From: Clostridiales bacterium
GTDB lineage: Bacteria > Bacillota > Clostridia > Christensenellales > UBA1242
Assembly: GCA_015055515.1 (NCBI GenBank)
Contig: SVIC01000005.1
Coordinates: 20,550-84,549 of the forward strand
Direction of reading: 5' to 3'
DNA: 64,000 bases
A program made the position numbers and the translations under genes. Below the pieces are notes generated by a model, which saw only the letters and a list, made by a program, of their open reading frames with translations, did not search any database and was not told where the DNA came from. The stretch's first letter is position 1. Each line of letters opens with the position of its first letter. Positions 48,067 to 56,970 of the stretch are shown here, piece after piece.

Positions 48067-48917
48067 GATTTATTAATGTATATAAGCCACGAGGCATGAC
48101 ATCTAGTAATGTGGTGGTAAAGATAAGGAAAAAATTCCATATTGACAAAATTGGGCATATGGGAACGCTTGATCCGTTGGCATCGGGGGTTTTGCCTATT
48201 GCTGTAGGTAAGGCAACAAGAATGTTTGATTATTTTTTGGATAAATATAAATCATATGTTGCCGAATTTGAATTTGGTTATGAGACAGACACTCTAGATA
48301 TAGAGGGTGTTAAGACAGAAGAGGGAAGTAAAATTCCATCGCTAGATGAATTGCAAGATGTTTTGCATGGATTTGTGGGTAAATATAATCAAATACCGCC
48401 AAAATATAGTGCAAAATCGGTAAATGGTATCAAGGCTTATAAATTGGCCAGAGATGGTGTTAATGTGGAATTAAAGCCTAAAGAGATCGAAATAAAGTGT
48501 CTTAAATTGTTGTCCTATAATGATGGCAAGGTTAGGTTAGAGGTAGAATGCTCTAGTGGAACATATATTAGGGCTCTTGGCAGAGATATTGCGTATACAT
48601 TGAATACACTTGCTACGATGACTAATCTAGAAAGGGTGCAGTCTGGGATGTTCTGTACACAGAATGCTGTTCGCTTAGAAGAATTGCTGGATAGCGATGA
48701 TTGTGAGAAATATTTATTTTCTATTCCAAGTGTTTTTGGTAAAATACCTCAGATTCAATTATCTGATGAGGCTGTATTCAAAATTAGGAATGGAATAGCA
48801 ATATTGAACGAATATAATATTGAAAAATATTGTTTTGTTATTAATAATAATGAACTAATTTGCGTGGCAGAGAATGTCGATGGCAAATTGAAGATGAAGA
48901 CGTATTTGGCGGAGTGA
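48060..48917 (+). CDS. truB: tRNA pseudouridine-55 synthase
   Basis: GHMGTLDPLASGVLPI catalytic motif. Confidence 0.95.
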   Translation: MLGFINVYKPRGMTSSNVVVKIRKKFHIDKIGHMGTLDPLASGVLPIAVGKATRMFDYFLDKYKSYVAEFEFGYETDTLDIEGVKTEEGSKIPSLDELQDVLHGFVGKYNQIPPKYSAKSVNGIKAYKLARDGVNVELKPKEIEIKCLKLLSYNDGKVRLEVECSSGTYIRALGRDIAYTLNTLATMTNLERVQSGMFCTQNAVRLEELLDSDDCEKYLFSIPSVFGKIPQIQLSDEAVFKIRNGIAILNEYNIEKYCFVINNNELICVAENVDGKLKMKTYLAE

Positions 48918-48921
48918 AATT

Positions 48922-49767
48922 ATGGTAAAATTTGGACCAGCAGGTAACTGCAAGAGTTTCTATGAATCGGGGCACAAGAGGTCAATAGAGGCTGGAAAAT
49001 GGCTATATGATATGGGATTGCATCACTATGAGTATTCTTTTGGTAAAGGCATACTACTGGGTGATGACATGGCAAAGGAAATGGGAGAAGAGTTTGCCAA
49101 ATATGGTATAACAATATCTATCCATGCGCCATACTATATTAACTTTGCTACTCCCACTGATGAAATGGCAGAAAAGAGCTATGGATATGTGTTAAATAGT
49201 ATTAAGAAGTTGCGCTTGTTGGGTGGTAATAGGCTAGTTGTTCATCCTGCATCTATGGGTAAGATGACCAGGGATGAAGCGGTACAGTTGACCAAAGAAC
49301 GATTAACTCATCTTGCATCTATACTTAAAGAGAATGGCGATAGCGATATATTGATTTGCCTAGAGACTATGGGTAAGCAGGCGCAAATCGGTACATATGA
49401 AGAAATTATAGATTTCTGTACAATAGCACCTAATTATATTCCTGCGTTTGATTTTGGTCATATTAATGCGTTAACTCAAGGTTCATTAAAGACAAAAGAG
49501 GATTACTTGCATATCTTTAAATTGGCTATAGATAAGTTGGGGTATGACAAGGTAAATAATTGCCACATTCATTTTAGCAAGATTGAGTTTGGGACTAAGG
49601 GTGAAATCAAACACTTGACATTGGAAGATGATGTATATGGTCCGGAATTTGAACCACTTGCACAAGCAATAAAAGAGTTAAATCTCAATCCTGTTATTGT
49701 GTGCGAAAGTAAAGAGATCATGGCAATAGATGCTATGAAGATGAGAGATATCTATAATAATATTTAG
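48922..49767 (+). CDS. endonuclease IV-like (AP endonuclease family 2) TIM-barrel protein
   Basis: The ordered motifs SIHAPYYINF, LVVHPAS, CLETMGK, FDFGHINA and HIHFSKIE...KH parallel the Nfo metal-ligand blocks. Confidence 0.6.
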   Translation: MVKFGPAGNCKSFYESGHKRSIEAGKWLYDMGLHHYEYSFGKGILLGDDMAKEMGEEFAKYGITISIHAPYYINFATPTDEMAEKSYGYVLNSIKKLRLLGGNRLVVHPASMGKMTRDEAVQLTKERLTHLASILKENGDSDILICLETMGKQAQIGTYEEIIDFCTIAPNYIPAFDFGHINALTQGSLKTKEDYLHIFKLAIDKLGYDKVNNCHIHFSKIEFGTKGEIKHLTLEDDVYGPEFEPLAQAIKELNLNPVIVCESKEIMAIDAMKMRDIYNNI

Positions 49768-49777
49768 TTTTAATAAT

Positions 49778-49813
49778 ACACATTCTTTTCATATTAAAAG
49801 GATGTGTTTTTTT
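49778..49813 (+). terminator. intrinsic terminator
   Basis: ACACATTCTTTT/AAAAGGATGTGT stem with one G-U pair and a 6-nt loop, then T6. Confidence 0.8.
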
Positions 49814-49920
49814 GTTGTATTGTGTCATTTCGTGTAGAGATGCTAGAGGTATCTTTAGATCCAATTCATTATTCACTGCTCTTAACAATATGATATTGCA
49901 AACATATATGGGAGGGTTGT

Positions 49921-50829
49921 ATGTTATTGTCTCTTCTACCAGATCGTATAGTGTCTGCTGTTAGCAGAATAGATGTATCAAAATTGCAAGAAATAAGATT
50001 AAGACTGAATGCTCCTATCATGATTAATATGATGGGAGAATATTATTATCTTAGTGCTTATGGAGCAGAGATATATAGTAGCAATGCATTGGTATGTACT
50101 AGGCCAGATATTGATTATGTTATATCTAAGGCTAGCAATAACTCTATACATACAATTAATGATCAACTTGTAAATGGTTATATTACATATACTGGTGGTA
50201 TTAGAATAGGTGTTGCTGGTGAAATAGTATCGGTGGGGGATAGGGTAAAGACTATTAAGAATATTCAGTCTCTGATGATAAGGGTGCCGCATGAGGTAAA
50301 TAATTGTGCTCTTCCTGCACTTAGGTTTGTGCAGTATGGTACTAGTATATATAATACTTTAGTTTTGTCTCCTGCGGGAGCGGGTAAGACTACTTTTGTA
50401 AGGGATTTAGCAAAGCAGATATTACGCATAAATAGTAAGATAAATATATTGATAGTAGATGAGCGATCAGAAATTACAGGTATTAGTGGAGGAGTGGCAT
50501 TATTTAATAATGCAAATTGTGATATACTCTCTAATTGCAAGAAAGGATATGCATTCGATAATGGTATAAGGAGTATGCGTCCAGATGTTATCATTACAGA
50601 TGAATTGTCCATAAGTGATTTTGCATCTATTGAGAATGCAATGACTTGTGGTGTGAAGGTTATAGCGACTATCCACGCAAATAGTATATTTGATCTGAAG
50701 AATAAGCCCGATTTGTGTGCTATTATAGACAAAAAGATGTTCGATAGATACATACTCTTAGGATCTTCTAATAAGCCAGGAGAAATAGTTAATATATATG
50801 ATGCTAATCTAGAGAGTATAGGACAATGA
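49921..50829 (+). CDS. spoIIIAA: stage III sporulation protein AA (ATPase)
   Basis: Walker A SPAGAGKTT, a Walker B-like ILIVDE, and first position in the spoIIIA operon. Confidence 0.9.
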   Translation: MLLSLLPDRIVSAVSRIDVSKLQEIRLRLNAPIMINMMGEYYYLSAYGAEIYSSNALVCTRPDIDYVISKASNNSIHTINDQLVNGYITYTGGIRIGVAGEIVSVGDRVKTIKNIQSLMIRVPHEVNNCALPALRFVQYGTSIYNTLVLSPAGAGKTTFVRDLAKQILRINSKINILIVDERSEITGISGGVALFNNANCDILSNCKKGYAFDNGIRSMRPDVIITDELSISDFASIENAMTCGVKVIATIHANSIFDLKNKPDLCAIIDKKMFDRYILLGSSNKPGEIVNIYDANLESIGQ

Positions 50830-50874
50830 AATTCGTTATTATGCACTCTCTTTATTGCAATTATTGGCATATCT

Positions 50875-51282
50875 ATGCTTAATTTATTGTACTATAAATC
50901 AAGGTCAAGAATAATTGTAGAGTTAATAGATCTATTTAGAGCGTATTTCAGCGAAATCTCATTTAATAAGAATACTCTTGATTACGTAATTTCAAAGAGA
51001 CTTGGCATGTATTCCAAGAACACACAGTTGCTATTAAATAATTACAAAGATATATCGAGATATCCTGCCGTAATGTCACAAAAAGATAAAAGTGAAATCA
51101 ATTCAATCTTCTGTGGGGTAGGCAAATTAGATGTGGAAAATGAATTAGAGTATGTAACTAATTGTATAGATAGACTTAACCTAATGCTAGGCAAGGCAAA
51201 AGATGACACCATCTATAAGGGTGAATTAAGATCAAAATTAATACTTATATTTGGGTTGATATTAATAATCATGTTGTTGTAG
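50875..51282 (+). CDS. spoIIIAB: stage III sporulation protein AB; 5' end unresolved, see frameshift finding
   Basis: Position, size and a C-terminal TM segment. The same frame is open back to 50830 and encodes the expected N-terminal TM (LLCTLFIAIIGIS) but has no start codon there. Confidence 0.7.
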   Translation: MLNLLYYKSRSRIIVELIDLFRAYFSEISFNKNTLDYVISKRLGMYSKNTQLLLNNYKDISRYPAVMSQKDKSEINSIFCGVGKLDVENELEYVTNCIDRLNLMLGKAKDDTIYKGELRSKLILIFGLILIIMLL

Positions 51283-51289
51283 GTGTCGT

Positions 51290-51484
51290 ATGGGTATAGA
51301 TATAATTTTTAAGATAGCGGGGGTGGGGATTATAACTGCGGTCACTACTCAGATATTGAAGCATTCCGGCAAAGATGAGATTGCTATGCTTAGCACCTTA
51401 GCAGGTGTGGTTATAGTGCTATTCATGGTTATAAATATGATAAGTGAATTGTTTGATACTATTAAAACATTGTTTAGTTTTTGA
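51290..51484 (+). CDS. spoIIIAC: stage III sporulation protein AC
   Basis: MGIDIIFKIAGVGIITAV... closely parallels the B. subtilis SpoIIIAC N-terminus. 64 aa, two TM segments. Confidence 0.9.
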   Translation: MGIDIIFKIAGVGIITAVTTQILKHSGKDEIAMLSTLAGVVIVLFMVINMISELFDTIKTLFSF

Positions 51485-51497
51485 TAAAGGTGGAGTT

Positions 51498-51881
51498 ATG
51501 GATATTGTAAAGGTATCACTTCTAGCCATTGCAATAGTGTTTGCTATTACTTTTACTAAACAGATTAAACCAGAGATGTCTGTAATTATAACTGTGGCTG
51601 GATCTGTGGTTATGCTGATATATATTCTGGGGTATTTCAATGATATCGTAGTTTTTTATAATCAACTAGTTGTGTCCACTGGTGTTAATCAAAAGTATTT
51701 TACGATTTTATTAAAAGCAATAGGAATAGGTTACTTGGTGGAATTTGCAAGTGGTGTGTGTAGGGATAGTGGCAATACCAGTATTGCGGACAAGGTTGTC
51801 TTTGTTGGAAAATTATCCATTCTGTCTCTTGCAATACCAGTTATCCAGTCAATATTTGAAATTATTAGCGATATATTATGA
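51498..51881 (+). CDS. spoIIIAD: stage III sporulation protein AD
   Basis: AAGGTGGAG RBS before the ATG at 51498. GIGYLVEFASGVCRDSGNTSIADKV matches the conserved SpoIIIAD block. Confidence 0.9.
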   Translation: MDIVKVSLLAIAIVFAITFTKQIKPEMSVIITVAGSVVMLIYILGYFNDIVVFYNQLVVSTGVNQKYFTILLKAIGIGYLVEFASGVCRDSGNTSIADKVVFVGKLSILSLAIPVIQSIFEIISDIL

Positions 51882-53071
51882 AGATAAAGATAATAAAGAA
51901 ATATGCAATACTATTGTTTGTAATTGGCACTTTGCTTTTTGTTGGTCTAAGTCCTAGTCTTGTCATAGCGGATGATACTAGTATGGACTATATAAAAGAT
52001 CTGTACAATAGCACTTCTGATCAACTTAATGATATTGATTATTCTAAATTGGAGGATATTCTTGACAGCCTAGAAGATGATGCATTATTCAATGGATCCT
52101 TTTATAATACTGTGAAGGGTATATTATCTGGTGAGTATGATTTAGATGCAAATAACTTTATAGAGTATATATTACATGTAATAGGAATTAATGTTAAGGC
52201 ACTGTTGCCTTTGGCTATAATTATAATATGTATAGCCATAATCATGCGCTTGTTGAAATCTTTTACGCCATCATCTATGAAGGGTGGTATAGTAGAGATA
52301 ATTAATTTTGTGGCTATTGGTGTGGTTATAATATACATAAGCAAGTATATATTGGATATTAATTCGGTAGTGTTTTCTACTATTTCTCTGATGCAAGATA
52401 CAATGAATGTACTATTTCCAATATTAATGACACTGATGGGTGTTATGGGTGCTACTAGTAGTGTAGCAATATATACGCCTATTACATCTATTCTTAATAC
52501 AGGTATTAGTTCTGTTATGACTAATTTCTTGTATCCTATTTATCTTATTTCATTTGGACTTGTTATTATCTCGGTTATTAGTCCTAAGGTGAGGGTGGAC
52601 AAGTTTATTACTTTTCTCTCTAGCCTGTTTAAGACTAGTATTGCATTTGTATTCGGTATATTTTCTACGATATTTGTTATCAAAGGAATATCTGCTGGCA
52701 AATTCGATAGCGTGTCTATATATACGACCAAGTTCGCTGTAAAGAACTATATTCCTCTTATAGGCTCCTATATATCAGAAGGATTTAACTACATAATGTT
52801 AAGCACAATGCTAATTAAGAATGCGGTAGGGTTGGCTGGCATTATTCTTATTCTAGGAGTAGTATTAAGTCCACTTATCTACCTGTTGCTTATTAGACTA
52901 TTCTTTCACTTCACATCATCTGTTGTAGATGTAATAGGTAGCAAAGAAATTAGTGATACATTGGATAAAGTCGCCAAAATTACGGTGTATCCTATAGCAA
53001 TATTGCTTGGAGTTGCATTTATGTTTATTATGTCGATATCGCTGGTTGTGTGTACAGCAAATCTTATTTAG
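51878..53071 (+). CDS. spoIIIAE: stage III sporulation protein AE
   Basis: Signal sequence plus a polytopic ~400-aa protein, ATGA-coupled, at the expected operon position. Confidence 0.88.
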   Translation: MKIKIIKKYAILLFVIGTLLFVGLSPSLVIADDTSMDYIKDLYNSTSDQLNDIDYSKLEDILDSLEDDALFNGSFYNTVKGILSGEYDLDANNFIEYILHVIGINVKALLPLAIIIICIAIIMRLLKSFTPSSMKGGIVEIINFVAIGVVIIYISKYILDINSVVFSTISLMQDTMNVLFPILMTLMGVMGATSSVAIYTPITSILNTGISSVMTNFLYPIYLISFGLVIISVISPKVRVDKFITFLSSLFKTSIAFVFGIFSTIFVIKGISAGKFDSVSIYTTKFAVKNYIPLIGSYISEGFNYIMLSTMLIKNAVGLAGIILILGVVLSPLIYLLLIRLFFHFTSSVVDVIGSKEISDTLDKVAKITVYPIAILLGVAFMFIMSISLVVCTANLI

Positions 53072-53084
53072 AGGAGAGGGATGA

Positions 53085-53252
53085 GTGAATACGTTACTTA
53101 TATCGTTATTTGGAGTATCTGTGCTGGGGATATTGGTGGATATTGTTGCTACAGATAATAATAGATATTTAGGATTTGTCTTTGATTTGGTTGTATTATT
53201 GGTTGTTGTATCGGGTGTTGTTAGATTATTGTCGGATATTGGCCTCATATAA
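53085..53252 (+). CDS. spoIIIAF: SpoIIIAF-like mini-protein (two TM segments only, 55 aa)
   Basis: Too short for the ORF track. GTG start 8 nt after GAGGAG. My translation: MNTLLISLFGVSVLGILVDIVATDNNRYLGFVFDLVVLLVVVSGVVRLLSDIGLI. It resembles only the SpoIIIAF N-terminal membrane hairpin. Confidence 0.55.
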   Translation: MNTLLISLFGVSVLGILVDIVATDNNRYLGFVFDLVVLLVVVSGVVRLLSDIGLI

Positions 53253-53400
53253 GGGATATATGTAATATATTGTAAGTATTTGGATTGTGCACAATAATAT
53301 TTGAATTTCTAAGTTCTAAAATTAGTTCATGAACTAATAAGATATGGTAACAAAACCAAGGAAGACTTGAGTTTGTGATAGAAAGGGGACAAGGTAATGT

Positions 53401-53985
53401 TTGATGGATGAAAAGATTGATAACAAAGGTGAATCGATACTAAATACTATCAGAGAAAAACTATCTAATATGTCTATTTCAACTAAGGTAAAGTGGTTGC
53501 TAGTTATTGTGGTTATGGGTGTTATATTGGTGGTAGCAAGTAATTACTCTGCTGAAAAAAATATAATGTCTACTGCAAAAGACACTGTTAGTAATTATAC
53601 ATACTATGTGTCTAGTCTTGACTACTGTGCTAGGTTAGAAGAAAAGCTAGAGAAGGTGCTATCTAATATAGATGGCGTAAGCGGTGTAGAAGTAATGATA
53701 AGTCTAGATAGTAGCTTAGAGTTAGTGTTGGCAGAAAGTAGCAGTAATGATAAGGAAGATTTGCTGGGTAATAACTATTCGGTAGATGTGTCATCGCCCA
53801 TCATCATTGACAATGGTGATAAGGAAGAGCCACTTATTATAAAAGAGATTTTGCCAAAGGTAAAAGGTGTATTAGTAGTGTTGTCTGGACAGCAAAGCGT
53901 TGCTACAAAATTAAGCATAATTCAGGCAGTTCAGTCTTTGTTAGATATCAATGTATCAAATATTCAAGTATTGTCGGGTAGTTAA
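53401..53985 (+). CDS. spoIIIAG: stage III sporulation protein AG
   Basis: N-terminal TM segment. The C-terminal block KVKGVLVVLSGQQSVATKLSIIQAVQSLLDI parallels B. subtilis SpoIIIAG. The start may be the ATG at 53404. Confidence 0.85.
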   Translation: MMDEKIDNKGESILNTIREKLSNMSISTKVKWLLVIVVMGVILVVASNYSAEKNIMSTAKDTVSNYTYYVSSLDYCARLEEKLEKVLSNIDGVSGVEVMISLDSSLELVLAESSSNDKEDLLGNNYSVDVSSPIIIDNGDKEEPLIIKEILPKVKGVLVVLSGQQSVATKLSIIQAVQSLLDINVSNIQVLSGS

Positions 53986-54011
53986 AATATATATAAGGAG
54001 ATAATAAGGTT

Positions 54012-54497
54012 ATGTCAAAGAAAAAAAGATTTTTTATAATTTCAGCGTTCTGTTTGTTGCTTCTTGCGACAGGAACAATCAATGTGTTGGTGAATAACTC
54101 TATTATAGAGACACAGCAGACAGGTCAGACCAATAATACAGTTACAGCAGGAAATTTCTTCACTAATTATAGAGCAAATAGAACAGATACAAGAAACGAA
54201 GAATTAATGTATCTAGAGGCAATTATCGCTAGTACTACATCATCTCAAGAGGCTATAGCGAGTGCCGAGGCAGAGAAGATTAGAATAGTGTCTGCAATGG
54301 AGAGTGAGATGGCGCTTGAGGGGCTTATTAAGGCAAAAGGTTTCGAGGACGTAATCATATCTGACCTTAATAATAGTCTTACAGTGATAGTGAAGAGTGC
54401 AGAACTAGATAAGGCAGAAGTAGCAAAAATAGTAGAGGTGGTGCAGGGCCAGACTAGTTATGACATTGAGAATATCAAGATAATCCCTGTAGAATAA
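54012..54497 (+). CDS. spoIIIAH: stage III sporulation protein AH
   Basis: N-terminal TM segment, FFTNYRANRTDTRNEEL motif and a C-terminal YscJ/RBM-like block. Confidence 0.85.
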   Translation: MSKKKRFFIISAFCLLLLATGTINVLVNNSIIETQQTGQTNNTVTAGNFFTNYRANRTDTRNEELMYLEAIIASTTSSQEAIASAEAEKIRIVSAMESEMALEGLIKAKGFEDVIISDLNNSLTVIVKSAELDKAEVAKIVEVVQGQTSYDIENIKIIPVE

Positions 54498-54502
54498 AAT
54501 AA

Positions 54503-54536
54503 ATAGGTGCTAGGTAAAATAGCACCTATATTTTTT
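54503..54536 (+). terminator. intrinsic terminator ending the spoIIIA operon
   Basis: ATAGGTGCTA-ggtaaaa-TAGCACCTAT followed by aTTTTTT. Confidence 0.85.
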
Positions 54537-54637
54537 GTCTAAATATATTAATAATATCAAATTTTATATTTTTTGTAATTGCATTATTTTATTTTATGTG
54601 ATATTATCATAATATGAAATATATTTAGAGGTGTACT

Positions 54638-55015
54638 ATGTCTAATAACGAGATTAAGTTAAGGCCCACAAAAGGTAATATTACATTTAATGACCACATC
54701 ATACTTTCGGTTATTAATTTAGCGACCAAAGAGATTGCGGGTGTTAGTTCGCTTGATACGAAGCACATGTTTGCACTAAAGAGATGGTTTAATAAGAATT
54801 ATTCTAATGGCGTAAAGATATCATACTTAAATAATTCTATGATTGTAGATGTGTATATCAATGTGTTCTTCGGATACAATGTGTCAGAGATAGCATATAG
54901 GGTACAAGAGAATATCAAGAATAGTATTGCATCTATGATAGATATCAATATAGATAATATCAATGTCCATGTTATAGGTGTTGATTTTTCTAAGTCAGAG
55001 GATTCTGATATTTAA
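54638..55015 (+). CDS. Asp23/Gls24 family envelope stress protein
   Basis: ITFNDHIILSVINLATKEIAGVSSL N-terminal pattern. Position before nusB matches B. subtilis yqhY. Confidence 0.85.
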   Translation: MSNNEIKLRPTKGNITFNDHIILSVINLATKEIAGVSSLDTKHMFALKRWFNKNYSNGVKISYLNNSMIVDVYINVFFGYNVSEIAYRVQENIKNSIASMIDINIDNINVHVIGVDFSKSEDSDI

Positions 55016-55021
55016 TCAATC

Positions 55022-55074
55022 TCACTCCTTTTAGGTGCGGTCTTTGTGCTGGGCGGTATTAGGAGTGATTTTTT
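55022..55074 (+). terminator. terminator-like hairpin with an unusually large GC-rich loop
   Basis: TCACTCCT/AGGAGTGA stem enclosing 31 nt (ttttaggtgcggtctttgtgctgggcggtatt), then T6. Confidence 0.4.
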
Positions 55075-55105
55075 GTCTAATGAAAATATTTATTTGGAGT
55101 AAATA

Positions 55106-55549
55106 ATGGGAAGAAAGGTAGCAAGAGATATATTATTTAAGTTGGTTTTCGAGAATATGTTTGTAGAGGCTGAGGATACAGTCACATACGATGAATTTGT
55201 AAATGGTGAGACGCTAGACCTTGATACAGGCAAGGTGACTATATCAGATATTAGTGATGAGAATGTAGAGTATCTGAAGACTAATTATACAACGCTTCTT
55301 AAGAATAAGACTGATATACTTAATGTTGTCGCAAAGTATATCACAGGATACACTATAGATAGTATGTTCAAGGTAGACTTGGCAATACTAGTGCTTGCTG
55401 TTAGTGAGATGGTGTATTATAAGAATACTCCTGTCAAGGTAGTAGTTAACGAAGCGGTAGAGTTGGCTAAGAAATATTCTACCGAGAAGAGTGCTTCATT
55501 TGTTAATGGAATACTTGCTGTTATTATAAAGGAATTAGATATCAAATAA
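55106..55549 (+). CDS. nusB: transcription antitermination factor NusB
   Basis: ARDILFKLVFE start and a VVVNEAVELAKKYSTEKSASFVNGILA block. Confidence 0.92.
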   Translation: MGRKVARDILFKLVFENMFVEAEDTVTYDEFVNGETLDLDTGKVTISDISDENVEYLKTNYTTLLKNKTDILNVVAKYITGYTIDSMFKVDLAILVLAVSEMVYYKNTPVKVVVNEAVELAKKYSTEKSASFVNGILAVIIKELDIK

Positions 55550-56733
55550 TGGAAAATGCCATATCGGTTACACAAGTTAATAGTTATATTAAGAGTATCT
55601 TTGATGCAGAATATATGTTGCAAAATATTTTTGTATATGGCGAGATAGGTGCATACAAGGTTACTAATGGGATAGCGTATTTTAATCTTAAGGATGAGAA
55701 TTCGCTTATTTCTTGTGTGCTGTTTGGGGCAAATAATTATCCTAATTTCGAGGTTGGCGATCAAGTAGTTGTTCGTGGTAGCGTAGGGTATTATTCTAAG
55801 GGTGGCAAGCTTAATTTCAATGCTGTTAGTATAGAGAGATTTGGTGTAGGATTACTATATCAGAAGTTCTTGGAATTAAAGGCAGAATTGGAGGCGCTTG
55901 GTTATTTTGATACTGCTAGGAAGAAGTCTATTCCCGATAGGGTAAGAAGAATTGGCGTGGTTACCAGCGAGACTGGTGCTGTTATTAGAGATATTATAGA
56001 TGTTACGACTAGGCGTAATAATAGTATAGATATTGTTCTGTATCCTGTGAAGGTGCAAGGACTAGGTGCAGAGAAAGAAATTGCTAGTGGCATTGACTTT
56101 TTCTCAAAATATGATAATATAGATGTGATAATAGTTGGTCGTGGCGGAGGAAGCCTAGAGGATTTGCAACCGTACAATACTAGGGTTGTGGCAGATGCTG
56201 TATTTAGATGTGAGAAGCCTTTGGTTAGTGCAGTAGGTCATGAGACTGACTATACCATTATAGATTTTATATCCGATCTTAGAGCACCTACTCCGTCTGC
56301 TGCTGCAGAATTGGTGGCAAATAAGAAGAGTGATGATGTAGAGATGTTGCAAAGTTATATGTATACCATGTATAATCAGTTAGATAGGTGCATTCGCAGA
56401 AATACTGGTTACATAGAGCAAGTCGCAGTTGGTGTATCGAATAGGATAAATAATGCTATAAATACCAAAGTATCGCAAATATATAGATTACATCAAGATA
56501 TGGATCGCAAGGTAAGCAATATAATAAATAATGCTGAGATGTGGTTACAGAAGACAAAGGCGTTGGTAGATGGCTATGATATAGAAGGTATGGCAAAGCG
56601 TGGCTATACTAGGGTGTATAATGGCGATAAGGTTGTGAAAAATGCGTCAGATATAAGCATTGGCGATAATATCACATTTGCGTTGCAAGATGGCGTAGTA
56701 GGCGCTGTGGTAGATAGAAAGGAGACAAAATAA
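55549..56733 (+). CDS. xseA: exodeoxyribonuclease VII large subunit
   Basis: N-terminal OB fold (VYGEI...NGIAYFNLKDE). RIGVVTSETGAVIRDI and VGRGGGSLEDL motifs. Confidence 0.93.
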   Translation: MENAISVTQVNSYIKSIFDAEYMLQNIFVYGEIGAYKVTNGIAYFNLKDENSLISCVLFGANNYPNFEVGDQVVVRGSVGYYSKGGKLNFNAVSIERFGVGLLYQKFLELKAELEALGYFDTARKKSIPDRVRRIGVVTSETGAVIRDIIDVTTRRNNSIDIVLYPVKVQGLGAEKEIASGIDFFSKYDNIDVIIVGRGGGSLEDLQPYNTRVVADAVFRCEKPLVSAVGHETDYTIIDFISDLRAPTPSAAAELVANKKSDDVEMLQSYMYTMYNQLDRCIRRNTGYIEQVAVGVSNRINNAINTKVSQIYRLHQDMDRKVSNIINNAEMWLQKTKALVDGYDIEGMAKRGYTRVYNGDKVVKNASDISIGDNITFALQDGVVGAVVDRKETK

Positions 56734-56939
56734 TGGAATTGGATAAAGAATTTAATAAGTTAAAAGAATTGTCTGTAGAGATGGAAAGGGATGATATTAC
56801 ACTTGATGATAGTGTGAAGAAATATTACGAAGCGTGTGATATTATAGAGAAGTGTGTTAAGGAACTGTCAGAGGTGAAGGGCAAGGTGACAGTACTTAGA
56901 TCTAAGATAGATAATATGATAGAAGAGAATTTTGATTAA
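56733..56939 (+). CDS. xseB: exodeoxyribonuclease VII small subunit
   Basis: 68-aa helical protein coupled (TAATG) to xseA. Confidence 0.88.
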   Translation: MELDKEFNKLKELSVEMERDDITLDDSVKKYYEACDIIEKCVKELSEVKGKVTVLRSKIDNMIEENFD

Positions 56940-56970
56940 AATAAAAGGGAATACTATTAGGAGAAAATAA

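Noticed and set aside
49814-49920. Sigma-E-type sporulation promoter upstream of spoIIIAA, with CATATAT near 49903 as a possible -10.
   Set aside because: No ATA/ATATT -35 element lies at the required distance, and the candidate -10 abuts the RBS. In this AT-rich DNA the match is not distinguishable from chance.
50265-50870. 201-aa minus-strand ORF.
   Set aside because: It is entirely antisense to spoIIIAA, which has a clear Walker A/B and operon context. It has no RBS or homology features.
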